64,000 nt of DNA from Actinomycetes bacterium. Its GTDB lineage: Bacteria; Actinomycetota; Actinomycetes; Mycobacteriales; Mycobacteriaceae. Location of the stretch: contig JAHZJB010000043.1 in the NCBI GenBank assembly GCA_022601135.1, forward strand, positions 20,075 through 84,074, read 5' to 3'. A program made the translations under genes and the position numbers. How positions within the stretch are numbered: the first letter of the stretch is position 1; every line of letters starts with the position of its first letter. The notes beneath the pieces were generated by a model. The model did no database searches. It was given only the letters and a program-made list of their open reading frames with translations, and was not told the origin of the DNA. Positions 40,701 to 47,716 of the stretch are shown piece by piece.

Positions 40701-41675
40701 GCCGTCACCGCCGTTGCCCGCGAAAAAGCCTGCATCGCCGCCGGTTCCGCCATGTCCACCGTTGCCACCAGGGGCCATCGCAGCGCCGCCGGCCCCGCCC
40801 TTCCCGCCGTTGCCGAAGAACAGCCCGCCGTTGCCGCCCCGGCCGCCGTTGAAGCCATCACCACCATTGCCGAACCAGCCGGCGGAGCCGCCGTGACAGA
40901 CCCTGCCACCGGTGCAGGTGGTCGCGTCCCAACTGAATCCGTTGCCCCACAACAACCCTGCATCGGGATGCTCGGCGGTCCCATGGCCAAACAGCCAGAC
41001 GCTGGTGTCAGCGCCAAGGCCGACCTCACGGCGCACATACGCCGCGGCCGCCCAGTTGAGCGGGTCTGCGACCGGAGCGGCCGGAACGTCATCGGAAGTC
41101 TGGCTTGCGGACCCGCCGGCCGAACGCGCCGCGCGGACCGGGGCGGCGGCCTGCGTCGGTTCGGCTGACGGCACGTCCGGCTCGGCGGTGCTCGAAGCGC
41201 CCGGGTCAACAACTTCCGCCGGCGCGACATCGGCGGCAAGAAGCCTGTCATTATCGCTGCCAACCGAAGCCGAAGGGCTCACGTGCTCCTCTGGACTCCC
41301 ATCGGCCTCCTCTGAAAGATCGGAGAGTTCGTCGATCGCCTCGACCGCTGGATCGGGGTCTTGTTCCGAATCCAGTTCATCCGAGGCCGGCGCTGGCGAG
41401 TCCTCCAGTTCTGACGTTGCGGCTGCGGTCTTCTCGATCGTGTGGCCGGTACTCGACGGCCCCGGCCGCGACGTCGGTTCTGACTTGGTCTCCACTGCCG
41501 GCGAATTCGAACTACCCGAGTCGGTGGCGTCGGCAAACGCCACTGCCGGCAGGCAGGCGATCGCCATGCCGACGCCCAGGGCGACCGCGAGCCCGCCAAT
41601 CCGGCCCACATAGCGCGAACAACCCGATGCCGGCCGCGTGGCTACCGGCGATGACACCTCGACTGGGCGAAACAT
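37740..41675 (-). CDS. Secreted modular glycanase: signal peptide - acidic linker - PGRS-like Gly repeats - Ig/cadherin-like - GH26 (beta-1,3-xylanase-like) - GH64 (beta-1,3-glucanase)
   Basis: YVGRIGGLAVALGVG...AVAFA signal; GGxGGxGG repeats; PVARDDT...VLANDTD...GVFSYTP..F.GTDVFTY (Ig-like); LRVGYEV, YPG..VDWVGFS, IAEST, YINSDW, WGDSRV (GH26); VTLVNNT, DYFELT, NTTQVDMF, AYGFPYDDV (GH64). Confidence 0.85.
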   Translation of the reverse strand: MFRPVEVSSPVATRPASGCSRYVGRIGGLAVALGVGMAIACLPAVAFADATDSGSSNSPAVETKSEPTSRPGPSSTGHTIEKTAAATSELEDSPAPASDELDSEQDPDPAVEAIDELSDLSEEADGSPEEHVSPSASVGSDNDRLLAADVAPAEVVDPGASSTAEPDVPSAEPTQAAAPVRAARSAGGSASQTSDDVPAAPVADPLNWAAAAYVRREVGLGADTSVWLFGHGTAEHPDAGLLWGNGFSWDATTCTGGRVCHGGSAGWFGNGGDGFNGGRGGNGGLFFGNGGKGGAGGAAMAPGGNGGHGGTGGDAGFFAGNGGDGGAGGNGADGIDGTAAAIPGAAGADGTRGGSGGAGGDGGSGGWFGRGGNGGSGGDGGAGGRGGDGADGDAANPMGGRGGAGGASGNAGPGGTAGTGGTDGVDGVVVSGPAPDGAEGRTYTPPPTVPPPTVPPPAGTPPVARDDTFVTAQGTPVLGNVLANDTDADADKLSAALGAGAAHGSVNLNPDGVFSYTPTSNFAGTDVFTYTASDGTASSDPATVTIIVTPVNDPQEPGAAPAPLGALAGGTTLMLVGQTFQQEYTDFIEGTGLTPAGSSHYSTFYWGTIEQGDDGPNAEFLDYIRDNDLGDYAMVALSLKDNTPAGGYGQMVNPNAADYNSNAVWEALNDIRNGMWDNQIDSFADIIASRPDTQFLLRVGYEVGLPLFAYTGEQYINDWLTEKANSGINVFDNPDAYPELDRYAFIDAYNHIVDRIESQADNVEFGFHPVRGLNDTQWLYPGPENVDWVGFSVFNHDVGMEAYGIVNAPGQRIDPNLALAMDFARAQGHQIVIAESTAQNPAAGDPNLFIEYLDRLDEVVEQYDVAALAYINSDWPAHGWGPEWGDSRVEVNPAVETFFLDTFGAGTRYVYGDYGYGDGSSPVPEPPPPPPPAPDAPTGSFPVTLVNNTGGAFGDDEIFLTILGQAPPGTWSWVDAAGVAHPLDHTAADAPGHLTKDSVNYANMSFSLADADGLRVPPEIQGTRMYVSMGQPLFIGIGADNASWAGPDPAYQRDPNYHTVYDYFELTYDHGRVAFGANTTQVDMFAVPITFTLEQSASGFSATRGLEAARSEVFNTFAQALPAAFQPLVIRDASGNPLRMLSPRTAQPGAVASWLDEPIRDFWDKYTNETFTHNGPGYLVSGGVNADTQLFEYTVTPPGGAPTAYTMAKPTTAETFAADGPFAGAGLQVLFLAELDAAFNRGVADTPGQWNNVAAYYPDGQRWNPWAKLFHDIGIEQLAYGFPYDDVNDQSSVLILNNTEPADQLRISIGY
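40305..40346. repeat. 15-bp tandem repeat encoding a Pro-rich linker (TPPPTVPPPTVPPP)
   Basis: GGGGGGTGGCACCGT x2 plus a partial copy, between the Gly-rich and Ig-like parts. Confidence 0.85.
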
Positions 41676-41732
41676 TCGACCATCACAGCAACCCTCAGTG
41701 ATTCAGTCCAGCGATTAATTATGATCGTTTTC

Positions 41733-41747
41733 ATCTGATTTTTTGAT
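41733..41747. promoter_or_regulatory. LysR-type recognition box (ATC-N9-GAT)
   Basis: ATCTGATTTTTTGAT in the AT-rich 85-bp divergent intergenic region; fits the T-N11-A LTTR consensus. Confidence 0.55.
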
Positions 41748-41760
41748 AACGTACCCGAGG

Positions 41761-42702
41761 ATGGAACTTCGTCAGCTTGAGTACTTCATCGCTGCGGCCA
41801 GTGAGTTGAACTTCTCCCGGGCGGCACAACAGGTCCATGTTGTCCAGTCTGCGCTATCCGCTTCAGTGGCCAAGCTGGAAAAAGAACTCGGAGTCGAACT
41901 GTTCGATCGATCCCGACAGCAGATCCAGATCACTCCGGCCGGTGAATTGTTCCGCGACCATGCACGCCGCGTGATCCATGCGGCGCGACTGGCGAAGGAC
42001 TCGATCAGCGACTACCGCGGTGAGCTGTCCGGCATCGTCGAATTCGGATCACTTGCCTCGTTCAGCACCCTGGATGTGCCCGGAATCCTCGGAGAATTTC
42101 ACCGCGACTATCCACTCGTCCGGATCAGGCTGCGCAACAGCCTGGCCGGACGGGGGGCGCACCTGGCCGCGGTCGCCGATGGTTCACTGGACCTGGCGTT
42201 GGTATCGGCGCCGGATCGCTTCCCCGCCAACCTCGAGATGCGCCTGCTGACAGAGGAACCGATGCTCTTCGTCTGTCGGCACGACCACCACCTTGCTCAG
42301 CGGGACCAGATAGAACTCAGCGAACTCGCCGAGGAAGACCTCCTCGGTTTTCCCTCCGACGTCGGACTGCGGCGCGTGGTCGAGAATGCCTTCAGCGCAT
42401 CAGGTATCACGCCCCGCAATCCCTACGAAGTGCCCGTCGACTTCTCGGTTGCGGCCCGCTTGGTGCGGCATGGGCTTGGAAGTATCTTCATGCCCGCCAG
42501 CGAAACCAGCCGTTTCCCCGATCTGCGGGCGGTACCCGTAGCTCCGGCAGTGCGTTGGACGATCTTCCTTGCCTGGCCCAAGCATGAGCACATGGGACCC
42601 GCCGGCGCGAAGTTCGCCGAGTTGTTACTCGCGGCCGCCGCCGGGGCTGGAAACGGTCATGAAGAGTCGTCGCAGAATCTTCGGCCAAGAGCTGACCGAT
42701 AA
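41761..42702 (+). CDS. LysR-family transcriptional regulator
   Basis: MELRQLEYFIAAASELNFSRAA...VVQSALS...LEKELGVELFDRS...ITPAG, followed by a substrate-binding domain. Confidence 0.96.
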   Translation: MELRQLEYFIAAASELNFSRAAQQVHVVQSALSASVAKLEKELGVELFDRSRQQIQITPAGELFRDHARRVIHAARLAKDSISDYRGELSGIVEFGSLASFSTLDVPGILGEFHRDYPLVRIRLRNSLAGRGAHLAAVADGSLDLALVSAPDRFPANLEMRLLTEEPMLFVCRHDHHLAQRDQIELSELAEEDLLGFPSDVGLRRVVENAFSASGITPRNPYEVPVDFSVAARLVRHGLGSIFMPASETSRFPDLRAVPVAPAVRWTIFLAWPKHEHMGPAGAKFAELLLAAAAGAGNGHEESSQNLRPRADR

Positions 42703-42718
42703 CACAAGTACCGCCCGC

Positions 42719-42736
42719 CCAACACCCCCGTGTTGG
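42719..42736 (+). terminator. Possible hairpin downstream of the LysR gene
   Basis: CCAACAC-cccc-GTGTTGG, 16 nt after the stop; no U-tract, which is common in mycobacteria. Confidence 0.35.
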
Positions 42737-42902
42737 TGAAACCAGCCCGAAAGACGCGGGAACCGACGTTCACACCGCACCCGCGGCCGGACCCGACGAC
42801 GCCCGAGAAGGGCGGTGCCGAACACTCAACCACGTTGTTCGACACGCTTTAGATAGACTTCGGCCGTTCCCGGCCCGTAACGCGTCGGCTCCAGGAGGCC
42901 TC

Positions 42903-44030
42903 CTGATCACGCTATGCTCCGCCGACCGCGGACCCGATCCCGCCGTGCTGCACGCTCCGGGCGGATTCACCTGGTTCTATGTCGACCTGGTCGATGACCG
43001 GGGCCGCGGCGCCACCCTGATCTGGTCGTGGGGGCTGCCCTTCCTTCCGGGCTACGCGCGCTCATCCCGTATCGGCCGCCCGCAGTTGCCGATCAACCGT
43101 CCCAGCGTCAATCTGGTCGTCTACGAGGGTGGGCGCGAGCGGTTCTACCTGTTGTCCGAGTTCGCCCCCGATCAATGCTCCTGGAGCCCGGACAGCCGAT
43201 CCTGGCAGCTCGGCGACTGCAGGTTTACCTGCACCGACACCCCGTCCCCCGCGGGTGACGCTCCGACTCGTGCGTTAAGGGCCGATCTCGACCTTGCGCT
43301 GCCCACCGGCGGCCGGGCCACCGGTCAGCTACGGCTCTCCGGCCCGCTGCGCCGTGACCCGCCCAGGGCCGCCGGGCCCGCCGGTCCGACCGGGGCGCAC
43401 GTGTGGACGCCGATGATCGCCGCCAGCCGGGGTGGTCTTCACCTGCAGATCCCCGGTGGCGACTTTCGGGTCGAGGGCCGCGTCTATCACGACCGCAACA
43501 GCGCCACCCGGCCGCTACATGACCTCGGCGTGCAGAGTTGGTTGTGGGGCCGACTCGCGCTGCCGGGCCGAGACCTTGTTTTTTATCGACTTGTCCCGTC
43601 GGCACCCGGGGAGCTGCCACGGGATCTTGTCGTCGAGATCGCCGCCGACGGCAGCTCCCGGCTGTGTGATGATCCCGGTCTTGAGGTGGGCGGCCTGCGC
43701 CGCAGCCTCTGGGGACTGCCGTGGCCGGTTAGCGTCACTTTCGCCGACCCAGACGGCCGCCCGGTGTCGGCGGAAGTCAGTGCCGTGCTCGACAACGGAC
43801 CGTTCTATCAGCGCTATCTGCTGCGCGGTCGGTGCGGCGCGCAACAGGGGTACGGCGTGGGGGAGAACCTGGTGCCGGACCGGGTCGACTCCGACCTGCT
43901 GCGGCCCCTGGTACGGATGCGGGTCCACCGTGCCGGCGGGCCGAACTCGATGTGGCTGCCGCTGTTCTCCGGTGATAGCGACGGCCGGTGGGCCAGACTG
44001 ATCGGCCGTTCGGGCCCCGTGCGGGTATGA
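42903..44030 (+). CDS. crtC: Carotenoid 1,2-hydratase (CrtC-like); probable CTG start at 42903, first canonical start GTG 42945
   Basis: PGGFTWFYVDLVDDRGRGATLI...SVNLVVYE, YHDRNSATRPL...WLWGR and LDNGPFY parallel CrtC motifs (GGY.WWY.D, YHD.N.G..PL, .EDTPFY). AGGAGG RBS at 42893-42898. Confidence 0.72.
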   Translation: MITLCSADRGPDPAVLHAPGGFTWFYVDLVDDRGRGATLIWSWGLPFLPGYARSSRIGRPQLPINRPSVNLVVYEGGRERFYLLSEFAPDQCSWSPDSRSWQLGDCRFTCTDTPSPAGDAPTRALRADLDLALPTGGRATGQLRLSGPLRRDPPRAAGPAGPTGAHVWTPMIAASRGGLHLQIPGGDFRVEGRVYHDRNSATRPLHDLGVQSWLWGRLALPGRDLVFYRLVPSAPGELPRDLVVEIAADGSSRLCDDPGLEVGGLRRSLWGLPWPVSVTFADPDGRPVSAEVSAVLDNGPFYQRYLLRGRCGAQQGYGVGENLVPDRVDSDLLRPLVRMRVHRAGGPNSMWLPLFSGDSDGRWARLIGRSGPVRV

Positions 44031-45253
44031 GCCACGAGCTGTCGGTTGGCGCCCTGGTCGACGGATCCGCTCCGCTGTGGGCCCAGGTGGCGGCCGCCCT
44101 GTTGGCCCTGCCCGCCTTGCCTGGGCTTGGCCTGGTGGCGTTCAACGCGCTGTATTGGACCCGCGGCCGGCCGCTGCCGGCGGCCGCCCTGGCCGCACCC
44201 GGAGGGGTCAGTGTCCTGATACCGGCCCGCGACGAAGTGCACAACATCGAGGCCTGCGTACGGGCGGCCGACGGTGCCCGCGGTCCGATCACCGAGATCA
44301 TCGTCTACGACGACTGCTCCACCGATGGTACCGGCGAGTTGCTCGCGAGGTTGCAGGCTGAACTGCCCCGACTCCGGGTGATCGGCGGGGACGGCCTGCC
44401 GCCGGGCTGGGTCGGCAAACCGCACGCCCTGCACCGGCTCACCGCCGCGTCGGGCGGCGAACTGCTACTCAACATCGATGCCGATGTCATCTTGCGTCCC
44501 GACGGTGTGCTGCGCATGCTCTCGCTGCTCGGCCCGGCCGACCAGGTGCCCGGCGGACTCGGTGCCGCGTTGGTCACCGCGGTACCCCGCCAGCGAACCG
44601 GTAGTTTCGCCGAACGGTTGATGATCCCGCTGCTGCACCTGTCCTATGTGGCCTGGTTGCCGATGCCGCTGATCCACCGCACCCGCGACCCGCGGGTGCT
44701 GGCGGCGAACGGCCAGCTGCTTCTGATCCGGCGGTCGGCGCTGGCCGCGGCGGGCGGCTGGGCGCGGGTGCGTACCGCGCTGGTGGACGATATGGCCGTG
44801 TGCCGCGCGGTGAAACAGAGCGGCGGGCGGGTCGTTTTCGCCGACGGCGACCAGGTGGCTGACTGCCGGATGTACGGCGACGGGGCATCTCTGTGGCGGG
44901 GGTTTTCGAAGAACTTCTACGAGGGTATCGGCGGTCACCCGCTGGCGCTGATCCTCGTGCTGATGCTGCACCTGCTGGTGTTCGTCCTACCATTCGTCGC
45001 CCTTCCGATCGCTGCGCTGTCGGGCGCCGGGGGGCTGGCGGCGGCCGCTGCGGTCGGCGTGGGCGCCAACCTGGCACTGCGTCTGATCATGGCGCTGCGC
45101 TACGGCCACAGTCCGGTTAGTGTGCTCCTGCACCCGCTGGCCGTGGCGCTGATGATGGGTGTCCTGCTGAACAGCTTCCGGTGCAGCCGGCGCGGTGATA
45201 TTCGTTGGCGCGGTCGCACCTATGCCGCCCGCGCCCAGCGGGAGGCGGTGTGA
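44027..45253 (+). CDS. GT2 glycosyltransferase, carotenoid glucosyltransferase type (CruC/CrtQ-like)
   Basis: VSVLIPARDE, YDDCSTDGT, PPGWVGKPHAL, IDADV, ANGQLLL, LVDDMA, CRMY...WRGFSKN; C-terminal TMs; ATGA-coupled to crtC. Confidence 0.85.
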   Translation: MSHELSVGALVDGSAPLWAQVAAALLALPALPGLGLVAFNALYWTRGRPLPAAALAAPGGVSVLIPARDEVHNIEACVRAADGARGPITEIIVYDDCSTDGTGELLARLQAELPRLRVIGGDGLPPGWVGKPHALHRLTAASGGELLLNIDADVILRPDGVLRMLSLLGPADQVPGGLGAALVTAVPRQRTGSFAERLMIPLLHLSYVAWLPMPLIHRTRDPRVLAANGQLLLIRRSALAAAGGWARVRTALVDDMAVCRAVKQSGGRVVFADGDQVADCRMYGDGASLWRGFSKNFYEGIGGHPLALILVLMLHLLVFVLPFVALPIAALSGAGGLAAAAAVGVGANLALRLIMALRYGHSPVSVLLHPLAVALMMGVLLNSFRCSRRGDIRWRGRTYAARAQREAV

Positions 45254-46063
45254 ACCCCGCCCCGGACCCCGGATCACCCGCGGACCGCGGGGCTGACCGG
45301 CAGGCGCTGGACCGGGCCGGGGACACCAGACACCCGGCCTTTCTTCGTGTGGCGCGCCCCTACGCCCGCCACCGGGTGGCCCGCGGGCTGGACGGTTTGT
45401 GGGTGGCTGGACTTGACCGCGCGCGTGCCACGCTGGCCGACCGGCCGGTGCTGTTCGCCTCCAATCATGTCGCTTGGTGGGACGCCCTGCTTCTGGCGCT
45501 ACTCGATGAGGCCCTCGGCGGTACGGGGTGGGCGGTGATGGACGCGGTGAACCTGGGCAAACTGCCCTTCCTCGGCTGGGTTGGGGCGCTGCCGCTGGAC
45601 CGCAGCAGCCCCGAACGCAGCCGGGAATGCCTGCGGAACTCGGCGGCTCTGCTTGACCGGCCCGGCCGCGGTGTGTGGATCTTCCCGCAAGGGCCGCCAA
45701 CGTCCGCCCCACCTGCGGCCGCTGGATCTCAAGGGCGGTATCGCGGTCATGCACGGACACAGCCCGGTGGACGTCATCGTCGCATGCATCGACTACGTGT
45801 TTCTGGAGCGGGACCGCCCGGCGGCGCTCGTCCGCTTCGGTCCGCCGCTGCCCGGGGCGGCGGTCGCCGGGCAGGCCCTGCTGCCGGCTGTCGAGACGGC
45901 GCTGCTGGAGGGTCTGGCTGCGATTGATATCGCCGCGGTGGCGGCGACCGACGGGCGCCGGGCCCGCACCCACCCCCAGGACCCGCTGCCCGGGTTCGTC
46001 CCGCTGGTGCGGCCCGGGGGGATCCTCCGGACCATCCGCCGCCGGAGATCGCATGCCTACTGA
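45250..46063 (+). pseudogene. Lysophospholipid-type acyltransferase (CruD-like), interrupted by a +1 frameshift at ~45691-45693
   Basis: First frame: ASNHVAWWD (HxxxxD) ... WIFPQG. The +1 frame continues RQRPPHLRPLDLKGGI...DYVFLERDRPAALVRFG and ends at 46063, overlapping the next start. Confidence 0.8.
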
Positions 46064-47555
46064 GCGCGGTGCGGAGATCCTGGTGCTCGGTGCCGGCATC
46101 GGTGGTCTGGCCGCCGCCCTGGCGTTATCCGCCCGCGGATTGCCCGTGCGGGTGATCGAGGCCGGCGCAAGACCGGGTGGTAAGGCCGGCATCGTTGAGT
46201 TGGACGGGGTGGTGGTCGACACCGGCCCGAGCGTGCTGACACTGCCGGAGGTCTTCGCCGGGCTGTTCGCCCGTGCCGGGCTGCGGCTGGACGAGGTGAT
46301 CGGCCTGCGCCGTCTCGACCCGGGTTTTCGTTACCGCTGGTCTGATGGTTGCGTGCTGGACGTGGCCCACGACCCGGACCGCACGCTCGCCAACATCCGA
46401 TCGGTTCTCGGACCGAGTGCGGAGGCTGAACTGGCGGCCTTCCTGGCCTACAGCCGCCGGATCTGGGAGGCGGCGGCGCCGAACTTCGTCCTCGGTCCGG
46501 CCCCCACCTGGTCAGCGATGTTCGCCCTGGCCCTGCGCCGCCCGCGGGCTCTGGCCGCAGTCGACCCGCTGCACAGCATGGTCGGTGGTATCGACCGACA
46601 CGTTCGAGAGCCGCACCTGCGGATGTTGTTGCGTCGCTACGCGACCTATAACGGCAGCGACCCCCGGCAAGCGCCGGCCACGTTGAACTGTATTGCGCAC
46701 GTGGAGCTTTCCCTCGGCGGGTATGGCGTGCAGGGTGGAATGTACGCGCTGGTCACCGCGCTGGTCGCCGCCATCGAGGCCCGCGGCGGGGTGATCGAAT
46801 GCGGGATACCGGTCGAACGGGTTCTGGTGGAGGGGAATTCGGTCGTCGGGCTGGCCCTGACCGATGGGGGGCAGCGGCGCGGCCGGGCAGTTGTGGTGAA
46901 CGCCGATGTTGGATGGCTGCGCGACGCCGGGCTGCCGGCGGCCGGGCGTCACCTTCCGGCCGCGGCGGCGTCGATGTCCGGGTGGAATGGGGTACTGCGG
47001 GCTGCCCGGCGGCCGGGCCGGGTGGCTCATGAGGTGCTGTTTCCGGACGACTATGACGCTGAGTTCTCCGATATCTTCGACTATGACCGGCCACCGGCGA
47101 CGCCGACGGTCTACCTCTGCGCCCAGGAACTCTGCCATGGGCGGGCGGGTTGGACCGACGACGAGCCGGTCTTCGTGATGGCCAATGCACCGGCCGAACC
47201 GGCTGGCGCTCAGCGGGATTCGGAAATGTGGGACGCCGTCGAAGCTGCAGTGACACAGCGAATCCGCGCAGCCGGATTGTGGTCGGACGGCGATGCGCTG
47301 GTTTGGCGCCGTAGTCCGGCGGAGTTGGCCGCCGCCTTCCCTGGCAGCCGCGGGGCCATCTACGGCGCGGCCAGTAACGACCGGTTCGCCGCCTTCAAGC
47401 GTCCGCCCAATCGGCTGGCCGGTGTGCCCGGTCTGTACCTCGCCTCGGGAAGTGCCCACCCGGGCGGGGGACTGCCGATGGTGGCCCTGTCCGGGCTGGC
47501 TGCCGCGGACAGTCTGCTCACCGACCAGTCGGTCAGCCTCCCACAGACCCGGTGA
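46053..47555 (+). CDS. Phytoene-desaturase-family carotenoid oxidoreductase (CrtD / CrtP-like)
   Basis: VLGAGIGGLAAA, DTGPSVLTLP, RYATYNGSDP.QAPATL..IAHVE, GGMYAL, GAIYG, GLYLASGSAHPGGGLPMVALSG; start ATG 46053. Confidence 0.88.
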   Translation: MPTERGAEILVLGAGIGGLAAALALSARGLPVRVIEAGARPGGKAGIVELDGVVVDTGPSVLTLPEVFAGLFARAGLRLDEVIGLRRLDPGFRYRWSDGCVLDVAHDPDRTLANIRSVLGPSAEAELAAFLAYSRRIWEAAAPNFVLGPAPTWSAMFALALRRPRALAAVDPLHSMVGGIDRHVREPHLRMLLRRYATYNGSDPRQAPATLNCIAHVELSLGGYGVQGGMYALVTALVAAIEARGGVIECGIPVERVLVEGNSVVGLALTDGGQRRGRAVVVNADVGWLRDAGLPAAGRHLPAAAASMSGWNGVLRAARRPGRVAHEVLFPDDYDAEFSDIFDYDRPPATPTVYLCAQELCHGRAGWTDDEPVFVMANAPAEPAGAQRDSEMWDAVEAAVTQRIRAAGLWSDGDALVWRRSPAELAAAFPGSRGAIYGAASNDRFAAFKRPPNRLAGVPGLYLASGSAHPGGGLPMVALSGLAAADSLLTDQSVSLPQTR

Positions 47556-47716
47556 GACCGCGGCCCGCAGCGGCGGACAAAGGCGCGGTGCTCGCCGAGG
47601 CTGCCGCCGAGGTCGTCGCCGTCCGGACTCTGGAACCTCAAAACCCACAACAAATTACGGGTCAAGTCTTAGCCGAAGTGCTGATTGAGGAAAGCCGACT
47701 TCGCTAGTCTGGTTAC

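Noticed and set aside
37740-41675. Calling the large ORF a PE_PGRS protein
   Set aside because: There is no PE domain. The Gly-rich part is only ~15% of the protein, and the rest is Ig-like and glycoside-hydrolase domains.
42819-42841. LexA/SOS box before the carotenoid operon
   Set aside because: The half-sites CGAAC and GTTCG are 13 nt apart, not 4. Kept only as an unknown operator candidate.
42703-42850. Possible IS or HNH/13E12 remnant in the lysR-crtC spacer (62-aa minus-strand ORF)
   Set aside because: No transposase or HNH motifs, terminal repeats or target duplication could be recognised.
45681-45700. Programmed ribosomal frameshift in the acyltransferase
   Set aside because: No X XXY YYZ heptamer or known +1 shift site was seen. 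A mutation or sequencing error is simpler.
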